Shown piece after piece: positions 9,822 through 17,207 of a stretch of DNA of 17,950 nt. Under the pieces are notes generated by a model. That model was given only the letters and a program-made list of their open reading frames with translations. It was not told the DNA's origin and ran no database searches. The DNA is from Fimbriimonadales bacterium (GTDB taxonomy: Bacteria; Armatimonadota; Fimbriimonadia; Fimbriimonadales; JABRVX01), in contig BTVI01000052.1 of the NCBI GenBank assembly GCA_045862955.1, positions 1 through 17,950 of the forward strand, read 5' to 3'. Every line of letters begins with the position of its first letter. Position 1 is the stretch's first letter. The translations under genes were made by a program, and so were the position numbers.

Positions 9822-9830
9822 ATTATAGCA
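9822..9830 (-). promoter_or_regulatory. Extended -10 promoter (TGCTATAAT) for ftsK
   Basis: Perfect TGnTATAAT on the minus strand about 20 nt upstream of the TTG start. Confidence 0.7.
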
Positions 9831-9857
9831 GAGCCCATGAGTGGGTTCGGACCGCTG

Positions 9858-9866
9858 TGCCACAAT
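9858..9866 (+). promoter_or_regulatory. Putative extended -10 (TGCCACAAT) giving a leaderless purS mRNA
   Basis: TG-n-CACAAT lies 6 nt before ATG 9873; no Shine-Dalgarno is visible. Confidence 0.45.
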
Positions 9867-9872
9867 CGGTGC

Positions 9873-10109
9873 ATGGCCCAAGTGAGGGTGTACGTCAGGT
9901 TGAAACCCGCTCTGCTCGATACCGCGGGACGCACTGTGGAGACCGCCTTGCATCGCATGGGCTGGCCATCCGTCTCCAACCTGCGCATCGGCAAACTCAT
10001 CGAGTTCGAGATGGACGGTGGCGATGAGCAGTCGGTGCGTGAGATGTGCGCCAAGCTCCTCGCGAACCCGGTGATCGAAGACTACTCGATAGAAGTGACG
10101 GCGAAGTGA
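9873..10109 (+). CDS. purS: Phosphoribosylformylglycinamidine synthase subunit PurS, 78 aa
   Basis: [19 protein letters not shown]...RIGKLIEF...[14 protein letters not shown]; PurS size and motifs; GTGA overlap with purQ. Confidence 0.93.
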   Translation: MAQVRVYVRLKPALLDTAGRTVETALHRMGWPSVSNLRIGKLIEFEMDGGDEQSVREMCAKLLANPVIEDYSIEVTAK

Positions 10110-10786
10110 AAGTTGCTGTCGTGCGCTTTCCGGGGTCCAACTGTGACCAGGATGCGCTTCACGCGGTTCGGATGCTCGGTCACCAGTCGGAGTATGTGTG
10201 GCACGCCGAACCGATCCCGGCAGGCTTCGACGCTGTCATCCTGCCCGGCGGTTTCTCCTTCGGCGATTATTTGCGCTGTGGGGCGGTGGCCCGCTTCTCG
10301 CCGGCGATGGAATCGGTGCGGCGAATGGCGCGGGCGGGCATGCCGGTGCTCGGCATCTGCAACGGGTTTCAGGTCCTTTGTGAGAGCGGGCTACTCCCGG
10401 GGGCGTTGGTGCGGAACGTCGGGCTGCGCTTCGTGTGCCGCGACGTGCTGCTTCGGGTGGAGTCGACGGATTCGGTGGCCTCGGGTGGTGCCCGGGTCGG
10501 CCAGATTCTGCGCATCCCCATCGCACACGGCGAGGGCTGCTATGTGCCCGCCGAGGGGGAGTCGCCGAGGGTAGTGTTCCGGTACTGCGACGCGAGTGGG
10601 GCAACGACACCCGAGAGCAACCCGAACGGCTCGACCGACAACATTGCCGGCATATGCAACCGTGAGGGCAACGTGGTGGGGATGATGCCGCATCCGGAAC
10701 GCGCCGTTTCGGAGTTGCTCGGGTACCACGATGGGCGCGTGGTGTTGGGCTCCTTCCTGACCTCACGGCTCGCAGCGAGGCTGTAA
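10106..10786 (+). CDS. purQ: Phosphoribosylformylglycinamidine synthase glutaminase subunit PurQ, 226 aa (GTG start)
   Basis: [28 protein letters not shown] (catalytic Cys), [19 protein letters not shown]. Confidence 0.97.
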   Translation: MKVAVVRFPGSNCDQDALHAVRMLGHQSEYVWHAEPIPAGFDAVILPGGFSFGDYLRCGAVARFSPAMESVRRMARAGMPVLGICNGFQVLCESGLLPGALVRNVGLRFVCRDVLLRVESTDSVASGGARVGQILRIPIAHGEGCYVPAEGESPRVVFRYCDASGATTPESNPNGSTDNIAGICNREGNVVGMMPHPERAVSELLGYHDGRVVLGSFLTSRLAARL

Positions 10787-10850
10787 GGGCAGTCTCTTTC
10801 CACGTCTCCAGGCGTCGGATAGGGGTGTTGCGACACGGCACGTCCCATTC

Positions 10851-12165
10851 ATGCCCCGGCGCGGTCCTCGGGTTCACTTCATGCCCTCTGTGCTGCGAGT
10901 CGGCGGACGCGGGCCGGGGCATAGAGCGCCTGCTTCCCACCCGCAACCGTCATGCTGAGCCTGTCGAAGCATGGCGGACTCCTCAGCGGGGCCCCAGACG
11001 CCGTCATGCTGAGCCTGTCGAAGCATGCGCCCGCAGCCCACGCGCAACCGTCATGCTGAGCCTGTCGAAGCATGACCCCGGAGCCGCCCCCAACCCTGGC
11101 CCCGGCGCGGTCCTTAGGTTCGAGGCAAGCCGCCGGTAGCTGCTAGTCGTCGGACGCGGGCCGGGGCATAGAGCGCCCGCAGCCGCCCGCAACCGTCATG
11201 CTGAGCCTGTCGAAGCATGGCGGACTCCTCAGCGGGGCCCCAGACGCCGTCATGCTGAGCCTGTCGAAGCATGACCCCGGAGCCGCCCCCGACCCTGGCC
11301 CCGGCGCGGTCCTTAGGTTCGAGGCAAGCCGCCGGTAGCTGCCGGTCGCCGGACGCGGGCCGGGGCATAGAGCGCCCGCAGCCACCCGCAACCGTCATGC
11401 TGAGCCTGTCGAAGCATGACCCCGGAGCCGCCCCCGACCCTGCCCCGGCGCGGTCCTTAGGTTCGAGGCAAGCCGTAGGTAGCTGCCGGTCGTCGGACGC
11501 GGGCCGGGGCATAGAAGCTGCTGGTCGCCGGGCGCGGGCCGGGGCATAGAGCGTCCGCAGCCGCCCGCAACCGTCATGCTGAGCCTGTCGAAGCATGGCG
11601 GACTCCTCAGCGGGGCCCCAAACGCCGTCATGCTGAGCTTGTCGAAGCATGCGCCTGCAGCCGCCCGCAACCGGCATGCTGAGCCTGTCGAAGCATGACC
11701 CCGGAGCCGCCCCCGACCCTGCCCCGGCGCGGTCCTTAGGTTCGAGGCAAGCCGTAGGTAGCTGCTAGTCGTCGGACGCGGGCCGGGGCATAGAGATCCT
11801 GCAGCCCACGCGCAACCGTCATGCTGAGCCTGTCGAAGCATGCGCCTGCTTCCCACCCGCAACCGTCATGCTGAGCCTGTCGAAGCATGGCGGCTGCAGC
11901 CGCCCCCGACCCTGCCCCGGCGCGGTCCTTAGGTTCGAGGCAAGCCGTAGGTAGCTGCCGGTCGTCGGACGCGGGCCGGGGCATAGAGATCCCGCAGCCG
12001 CCCGCAACCGTCATGCTGAGCCTGTCGAAGCATGACCCCGGAGCCGCGCCCGACCCTGGCCCCGGCGCGGTCCTTAGGTTCGAGGCAAGCCGTAGGTAGC
12101 TGCTAGTCGTCGGACGCGGGCCGGGGCATAGAGCGCTGCTAGTCGCCGGACGCGGGCCGGGGCAT
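10851..12165 (+). repeat. Mosaic array of 12 direct REP-like palindromes interleaved with 7 copies of a ~71-bp hairpin
   Basis: REP starts at 10949, 11003, 11050, 11195, 11249, 11394, 11573, 11627, 11673, 11818, 11865, 12010; the linkers fall into three recurring classes. Confidence 0.95.
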
Positions 12166-12226
12166 GGAAGGCGCGCCTTCTCACGGGGACGCCGGCCGTG
12201 ACGCGCAGCTCAGAGAGCACACGCGA

Positions 12227-12260
12227 GAGCCGTCCCGGCACTTCGGTGCCGTGACGGCTC
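12227..12260. terminator. Strong hairpin between convergent genes, probable terminator
   Basis: GAGCCGTC-C-CGGCAC-TTCG-GTGCCG-T-GACGGCTC, 14 bp with one mismatch and a cUUCGg loop, about 65 nt past the stop of the minus-strand gene; U-tract weak. Confidence 0.6.
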
Positions 12261-12324
12261 CACTCGAAAAGAGCGAGAACTAGGATGGTATCGCTATTGC
12301 GCTATGCCGAGTCAGTCCTGCGAT

Positions 12325-13659
12325 CTACCAGCGGGCGGGGCCCGAGCTGCCGAAGTTCAGCAGGATCGTGTTCAGGTCGGACAGCGCGATGTCGCCGTCG
12401 TAGTTCGTATCGTCGCTCGGATAGTAGTTAGCCCAGTTCGGCTCGGTCGCACAACCGTCGTTCGTGTTGACCGACGACCCGAAGTTGATCAGGATCCTGT
12501 TGAGGTCCTGCAGGCTGACCGCTGCGTCGAGGTTGGCATCCCCGTTCGTCAGGGTGACGGTGCCGATGTCGTACAATAGCCCGCCGACCGTGACGTTCGG
12601 GATCACTTTGCCTAAGAACGAGTGGCCGAAGCCGGACACGTTGAGCTGCTGGAACGACCCGCATGTATAGCGCCCGATGAACCAGTCCCGGATGTAGATC
12701 TTGACGTCGTAAGTGCCGTCTCGAACCACATCCGTGATGAACGAACCATCATTCGCCAGCGACACGGTCTCGATAATCTGCGGGTAACCGGTCGATGGGT
12801 CGCAGAAGTGTACGTCGATCTGCATCGGGTTGCTGCCGTCGCCACCCGGGAAGTAGTCGAAGGGCGGATCGTCCGGCCACTGGGTCAGCTTGAGCGTTCC
12901 GGTGACGTACGAGCCGTTGCTGATCGTGGTATCCGCGATGACGTAGGCCACCCGGTACAGGCACCGGCCAGGCAGCTCGTTGGCATTCCAGCCAGAGTAG
13001 TTATAGGGCGGTCCAGAGCCTAGCTGCTGCCATCCGCCGTCCATGCGTCCCTGGTAGTTGGGCACGGAGAACGCCTTGGTCTCATACTTGGCATACGCCG
13101 ACCCCACGGTCGTCTTGCGATATGCGAAGTTGTTAGTCGCTCCGCCTGGCGCACCGCAGAACATCGGGATGTTGCCGTCTACGCCGTAGACGGTTGCCCA
13201 GTACTTTCCGCGACCAAGCGTGATCGTGCCCGTCGGGAACACGGCAGCCTTGTCCGCCCCGAAGTGTGGCCAGGAGCGGCCACCGATGGTGAGGTTGGCG
13301 ATGTTCCCGGTGCCGCTATACAACACCGTACCCGGGGCATCGCTGCCGTTATCCGCGTAGATCACCCAACCGTACTGAGTCGGGACGGCCCCCGTTACGT
13401 CGAACCAGTACACCTCGATACCGTCAAAGGTGCAGGTCTGCGACAGGAAGAACTGGAACGCCGTCCAGCGCTCCTCCAGCCCAGCACCGAGGTTCCCAGA
13501 GCTAAGGCCGAGGCGGTTGAGGGTCGGGTTGGTGATGTCCGGCGGATTCCCAGCGAGGATCACGCTCGGCGCACCGGAGGACGCGACGACAGTCCGGGTC
13601 TGAGCCCAGCTGCAGACCACAGCAAGGATCGCTGCGCCTACGAGAAGGTATCTCGTCAT
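12325..13659 (-). CDS. Secreted protein of unknown function with C-terminal dockerin-like double EF-hand, 444 aa
   Basis: Signal peptide MTRYLLVGAAILAVVCSWA-Q; AAGGAG 6 nt before ATG 13659; body rich in Gly/Thr/Tyr/Trp, beta-like; tail GDANLDAAVSLQDLNRILINFG and DDTNYDGDIALSDLNTILLNFG. Confidence 0.85.
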   Translation of the reverse strand: MTRYLLVGAAILAVVCSWAQTRTVVASSGAPSVILAGNPPDITNPTLNRLGLSSGNLGAGLEERWTAFQFFLSQTCTFDGIEVYWFDVTGAVPTQYGWVIYADNGSDAPGTVLYSGTGNIANLTIGGRSWPHFGADKAAVFPTGTITLGRGKYWATVYGVDGNIPMFCGAPGGATNNFAYRKTTVGSAYAKYETKAFSVPNYQGRMDGGWQQLGSGPPYNYSGWNANELPGRCLYRVAYVIADTTISNGSYVTGTLKLTQWPDDPPFDYFPGGDGSNPMQIDVHFCDPSTGYPQIIETVSLANDGSFITDVVRDGTYDVKIYIRDWFIGRYTCGSFQQLNVSGFGHSFLGKVIPNVTVGGLLYDIGTVTLTNGDANLDAAVSLQDLNRILINFGSSVNTNDGCATEPNWANYYPSDDTNYDGDIALSDLNTILLNFGSSGPARW

Positions 13660-13828
13660 TGTCATCTCCTTCAGTTTTCACATGGGTCTGCTCGCGACCG
13701 CATGCGCAAATTAGGGGCCTAGAGCGCATGAGTGCCTACCACCTCGCTCGCCCACTAACCCGACCGAGGCCCCAACGGTGGTATGCGTCCCACATCGGAC
13801 GACGCGGCGAAAAAGTGGTCCAGCAATC

Positions 13829-13837
13829 ATTCTAACA
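13829..13837 (-). promoter_or_regulatory. Extended -10 promoter (TGTTAGAAT) for the secreted-protein gene, implying a ~160-nt 5' UTR
   Basis: TGnTAGAAT on the minus strand in an otherwise GC-rich intergenic region. Confidence 0.5.
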
Positions 13838-13961
13838 CGGATTCCGCGCTTCTGCGCGTGTTGTGCGATGCGAATTCTCGGAGACTGCCACGCTTTGCTG
13901 CTGACCTTAGTGTAGCTGGTGCACGCAGTTCAGCCCTCCCGTGGCGGTAGACTCGGCCTGG

Positions 13962-15086
13962 ATGATTCGCTTGCTCTTCCTGGAAGCGGCGCTAGGTGTC
14001 GGCGGCGCAGAGAGAAACAACCAGCGTGTCTTGCTCGGCTTGGATCGAACACGGTTCGAGCCTCACGTTGCTACCCTGAAGGCCAGGGGTCCCATCGGCG
14101 ACGAGCTCGCAGCCTCGGGTGTGCCCGTGACGGAAAACCTGTTTCCTTCGGCACGTGGGTTCTTGGCGGCCAGAGGGTCGCTCGCGGACCTCTGCCGTAA
14201 GCTGCGACCGAACCTGCTCTTCACCTCGGACAGCCCTCTCCCGATGCTATGGGGAGGCTGGTTGCGGCGAAAGGGCTTCGTCCCTCGCTATTGCGCCGTG
14301 TTCCACACTACCAACTTCACCGACAAGGGCTTCCGGCGTCGTCTCGCGTGGCGCGCTGCTGTACCGGTGGCGGACCGCATCATCGCAACAGGCCGTTCGC
14401 ACGTCGAATACGTACACCGAACGGTCGGCGTGCCGCGGCAAAAACTGGTGAACATACTGAATGGAGTGGACCTCGGCCGCTTCACGCCGCCCGAGGACAA
14501 GGCGCCGTACAAGCGCAAGCTCGGCTTTGCCCCCGACACCTTGCTGGTCGGGATCGTCGCAGCCCTTCGACCAGAGAAGAATCATGCGATGTTCGTCCGA
14601 ACCGCTCAGAGACTCCGCTCCCAGTTTCCACAGGCCCGCTTCCTGCTCGTGGGAGAAGGGCCGGAGCGACCGTCCATCGAGGCGCTGATCGCGTCCCTGG
14701 GCGTCGGCAACGAGGTGAAGCTGCTCGGCCGACGCTCCGATATGCCCGATGTGATGTCCGCGCTGGATGTGATCACCCTGTGCAGCAAGCCCGTGATCGA
14801 GACCCTTCCGGTCTGCCTGGTCGAAGCCGACGCCATGGGCTTACCAGCCGTCTCGACTCGCGTCGGCAGCGTGGATGACATCGTGGAAGAGGGAGTGACG
14901 GGATACCTGGTGGAGCCCGGAGACGAGGACGCGTTCGCCGAGCGCATCGCAGCTCTGCTGCTAGACGGCGAGAAGCGGAAGCAGTTTGGCGCAGCCGCCC
15001 GCGAGCACGCGCTCGCCAGGTTCGATGTCCACGATATGGTCCGCAAGTACGAGAAACTCTTCGAGGAGATCGTGAGGCCCAGTTGA
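13962..15086 (+). CDS. GT-B glycosyltransferase family 4, about 374 aa (alternative GTG start at 13941)
   Basis: N-terminal GGAE motif, NGVD, VAALRPEKNH, VGEGPER, E-x7-E motif ETLPVCLVEADAMGLPAVSTRVG. Confidence 0.92.
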   Translation: MIRLLFLEAALGVGGAERNNQRVLLGLDRTRFEPHVATLKARGPIGDELAASGVPVTENLFPSARGFLAARGSLADLCRKLRPNLLFTSDSPLPMLWGGWLRRKGFVPRYCAVFHTTNFTDKGFRRRLAWRAAVPVADRIIATGRSHVEYVHRTVGVPRQKLVNILNGVDLGRFTPPEDKAPYKRKLGFAPDTLLVGIVAALRPEKNHAMFVRTAQRLRSQFPQARFLLVGEGPERPSIEALIASLGVGNEVKLLGRRSDMPDVMSALDVITLCSKPVIETLPVCLVEADAMGLPAVSTRVGSVDDIVEEGVTGYLVEPGDEDAFAERIAALLLDGEKRKQFGAAAREHALARFDVHDMVRKYEKLFEEIVRPS

Positions 15087-16060
15087 TAGTCACCAAAACC
15101 CCGCTACGTATCTCACTCACCGGTGGAGGCACCGACTTCGCTGGCTTCTACCGCCATCACCCCGGCCGCGTAGTCTCGTGCACCATAGACAAGTACGTGT
15201 ACGTGATCATCAAGGAGCGCTTCGACAAGAAGATCCGCCTGGGCTACACGCGCACCGAGATGGTTGACAGCGTGGACGAGCTGCAGCACGAGTTGGTGCG
15301 CGAATCGATGCGACTCGTCGGAGTCAGCCAGAGCGTGGAGATTTCCACGATGGCAGACATCCCCAGCGAGGGCTCAGGCCTCGGATCCAGCAGCGCAGTG
15401 ACCGTCGGCGTACTTCACGCACTGCACGCGCTCAAAGGCGAGCTGGTGACCGCAGAGCAGCTTGCCCAGGAAGCCTGCCGAGTAGAGATCGACATACTCG
15501 GCAAACCGATCGGCAAGCAAGATCAGTACATCGCAGCCTACGGTGGTGTACGAGAATTCGTTTTCAATCAGGACGACACGGTCAGTGTATCGCGGCTCTT
15601 CTTAGAGGGAGATCGGTGGCAGCGGCTCGGCGAATACATCATGCTCTTTTTCACGGGCATCACCCGCCAGTCGAGCACCATCCTTAGCAAACAAAAGCAG
15701 AACATCGAAAAGAAGATGGATGCGCTGAAGCAGATGGCGGAACAAGCCCGCAAAACCAGGGAACTGCTCGAGAGCAACGCCCCGCTGGCTCGCGTGGGGC
15801 GCATCATGCACGAGGGTTGGGAGCTGAAGAAGTCGCTGGCTGAAGGAATCGCCGACGAGAAGATCGACGCCGCCTACGAGCGGGCCCTGGATGCAGGGGC
15901 GGTAGGGGGCAAGATCGCCGGTGCCGGCGGCGGTGGATTCCTCATGCTTTTCTGTGGACCGGACAGACAGGCCGCCGTTCGTAGCGCGCTGAGCGATATG
16001 CGCGAGTTGGAGTTCTCGCTGGAACGCGACGGTAGCAAGGTGCTACTCAACGGGCGCTGA
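15083..16060 (+). CDS. GHMP-family sugar kinase, HddA-like (D-glycero-alpha-D-manno-heptose-7-phosphate kinase family), 325 aa
   Basis: TPLRISLTGGGTD, PSEGSGLGSSSA, GKQDQY, GGKIAGAGGGGF; TTGA overlap with the GT4 stop. Confidence 0.88.
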   Translation: MIVTKTPLRISLTGGGTDFAGFYRHHPGRVVSCTIDKYVYVIIKERFDKKIRLGYTRTEMVDSVDELQHELVRESMRLVGVSQSVEISTMADIPSEGSGLGSSSAVTVGVLHALHALKGELVTAEQLAQEACRVEIDILGKPIGKQDQYIAAYGGVREFVFNQDDTVSVSRLFLEGDRWQRLGEYIMLFFTGITRQSSTILSKQKQNIEKKMDALKQMAEQARKTRELLESNAPLARVGRIMHEGWELKKSLAEGIADEKIDAAYERALDAGAVGGKIAGAGGGGFLMLFCGPDRQAAVRSALSDMRELEFSLERDGSKVLLNGR

Positions 16061-16995
16061 TGAAAGGGCTCATTCTAGCTGCAGGCCTGGGCACGCGCCT
16101 GCGCCCCGTCACCAGCCATATACCGAAGCCGTTGCTGCCCATCGCAAACAAGCCCACGATCCACTACTCGATCGAGGCGCTGCACGACGCGGGCATCCAG
16201 GACATTACGGTCGTCACGGGGCACCACGCCGAAGTGTTAGAGGATGCTCTCACCCGACTTGACGGAGAGCCGATCCGCTTCGCCCGACAGCCCGAGCCGA
16301 AGGGACTCGCTCATGCGGTGCAGTGCGCGAAGGAAACACTCGGTGACGAGCCGTTCGTGCTGCTGCTGGGTGATACTCTGCACGACCTTCCTATGGCTGA
16401 GCTGCGGAGGCAGTTCGAGGCACTGCAGGCCGATTGTTTGTCGGTGGTAGCACCCGTAGAAGACCCCGAGCGCTATGGAATAGCCGTGGTGGAGGGGGAG
16501 CGCATCGTCCACCTAGAAGAGAAACCTGCCAACCCACGCTCCAATCTCGCGATGGCGGGCGCATATGTCTTCGGAACGGCCATCTGGGACGTGCTCGCCG
16601 AACTACGGCCTTCGGCGCGCGGCGAGCTGGAGATCACCGACGCCATCCACGCGCTCGTAGAGGGCGCGAGGCGAGTGTACGCATACCATTTCGATGGGTG
16701 GTGGCAAGATACCGGGACGCTCGAAGGGATGCTGCAAGCCAACCGCTACTGGCTAAAGAAGCAGGGAGTTCGAGACGCACTGCTCGGCCCGGGGGCGCTT
16801 CTGGTGTCGTGCGAGGCGACGGACCACTGCTCCATCGGCGAGCTCGCGGAAGCACGCAACGGTACCCTACGTAACTGCATCCTACTCCCGGGCGTGCGTG
16901 TGGATCTCAACGGAGGTACTGCGGACTCGTGCCTGATCGGCAACGACACCACCCTCTGTCCAGGTGAATCGGTAGCGCACAAAGTGGTAGGCTAG
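16060..16995 (+). CDS. Sugar-1-phosphate nucleotidyltransferase (RmlA/glucose-1-phosphate thymidylyltransferase long-form-like), 311 aa
   Basis: LAAGLGTRLRP...PKPLLPIANKP, QPEPKGLAHA, EKP, SARGELEITDA, WQDTGT; short hexapeptide-like C-terminal tail; TGATG overlap with the kinase. Confidence 0.9.
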   Translation: MKGLILAAGLGTRLRPVTSHIPKPLLPIANKPTIHYSIEALHDAGIQDITVVTGHHAEVLEDALTRLDGEPIRFARQPEPKGLAHAVQCAKETLGDEPFVLLLGDTLHDLPMAELRRQFEALQADCLSVVAPVEDPERYGIAVVEGERIVHLEEKPANPRSNLAMAGAYVFGTAIWDVLAELRPSARGELEITDAIHALVEGARRVYAYHFDGWWQDTGTLEGMLQANRYWLKKQGVRDALLGPGALLVSCEATDHCSIGELAEARNGTLRNCILLPGVRVDLNGGTADSCLIGNDTTLCPGESVAHKVVG

Positions 16996-17207
16996 CACCA
17001 TCTCACTCCCGCGCCCCTAGCACAGGGCGACCCGATGGAACCCCCGTCCCTGGGAGGGCGGCGCCAGGGGTCGGGGGTCGAGGTACATGGCACCTCACGC
17101 GAAGTTCGTGCTCGGGGCGCTGCCCCAGGGGTCGGGGGTCGAGTCCTCTGCCCCAGCACTGGCGGTGACGAACCACTGAGGTGGCGGTGTCGGGGACCTC
17201 TCCCTTT

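Noticed and set aside
9531..9872. 192-aa version of PurS and 246-aa version of PurQ (from 10046)
   Set aside because: Family homology begins at ATG 9873 and GTG 10106; the extensions overlap neighbouring genes.
9803..10054. N-terminal 84-aa extension of FtsK in the ORF track
   Set aside because: It overlaps purS on the opposite strand; the promoter and RBS point to TTG 9802.
11099..11169. tRNA-like element (71 nt with GGTTCGA)
   Set aside because: No T-stem, D-arm, anticodon arm or CCA; only the terminal arms pair.
11438..11917. KOPS-like GGGCAGGG on the minus strand in three Z linkers near ftsK
   Set aside because: Present in only some copies, expected by chance in GC-rich repeats, and the GGGNAGGG motif is not established for this lineage.
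10949..12036. CRISPR array
   Set aside because: Spacers are reused and fall into very unequal length classes (about 20, 28 and 118 bp). The same repeat occurs inverted and dispersed elsewhere, and there is no AT-rich leader or cas gene.
13770..13800. c-di-GMP-I (GEMM) riboswitch suggested by GTGGGACGCA on the minus strand
   Set aside because: Lacks the GGCAAA start, GNRA tetraloop and receptor of GEMM; retained only as an unclassified structured leader.
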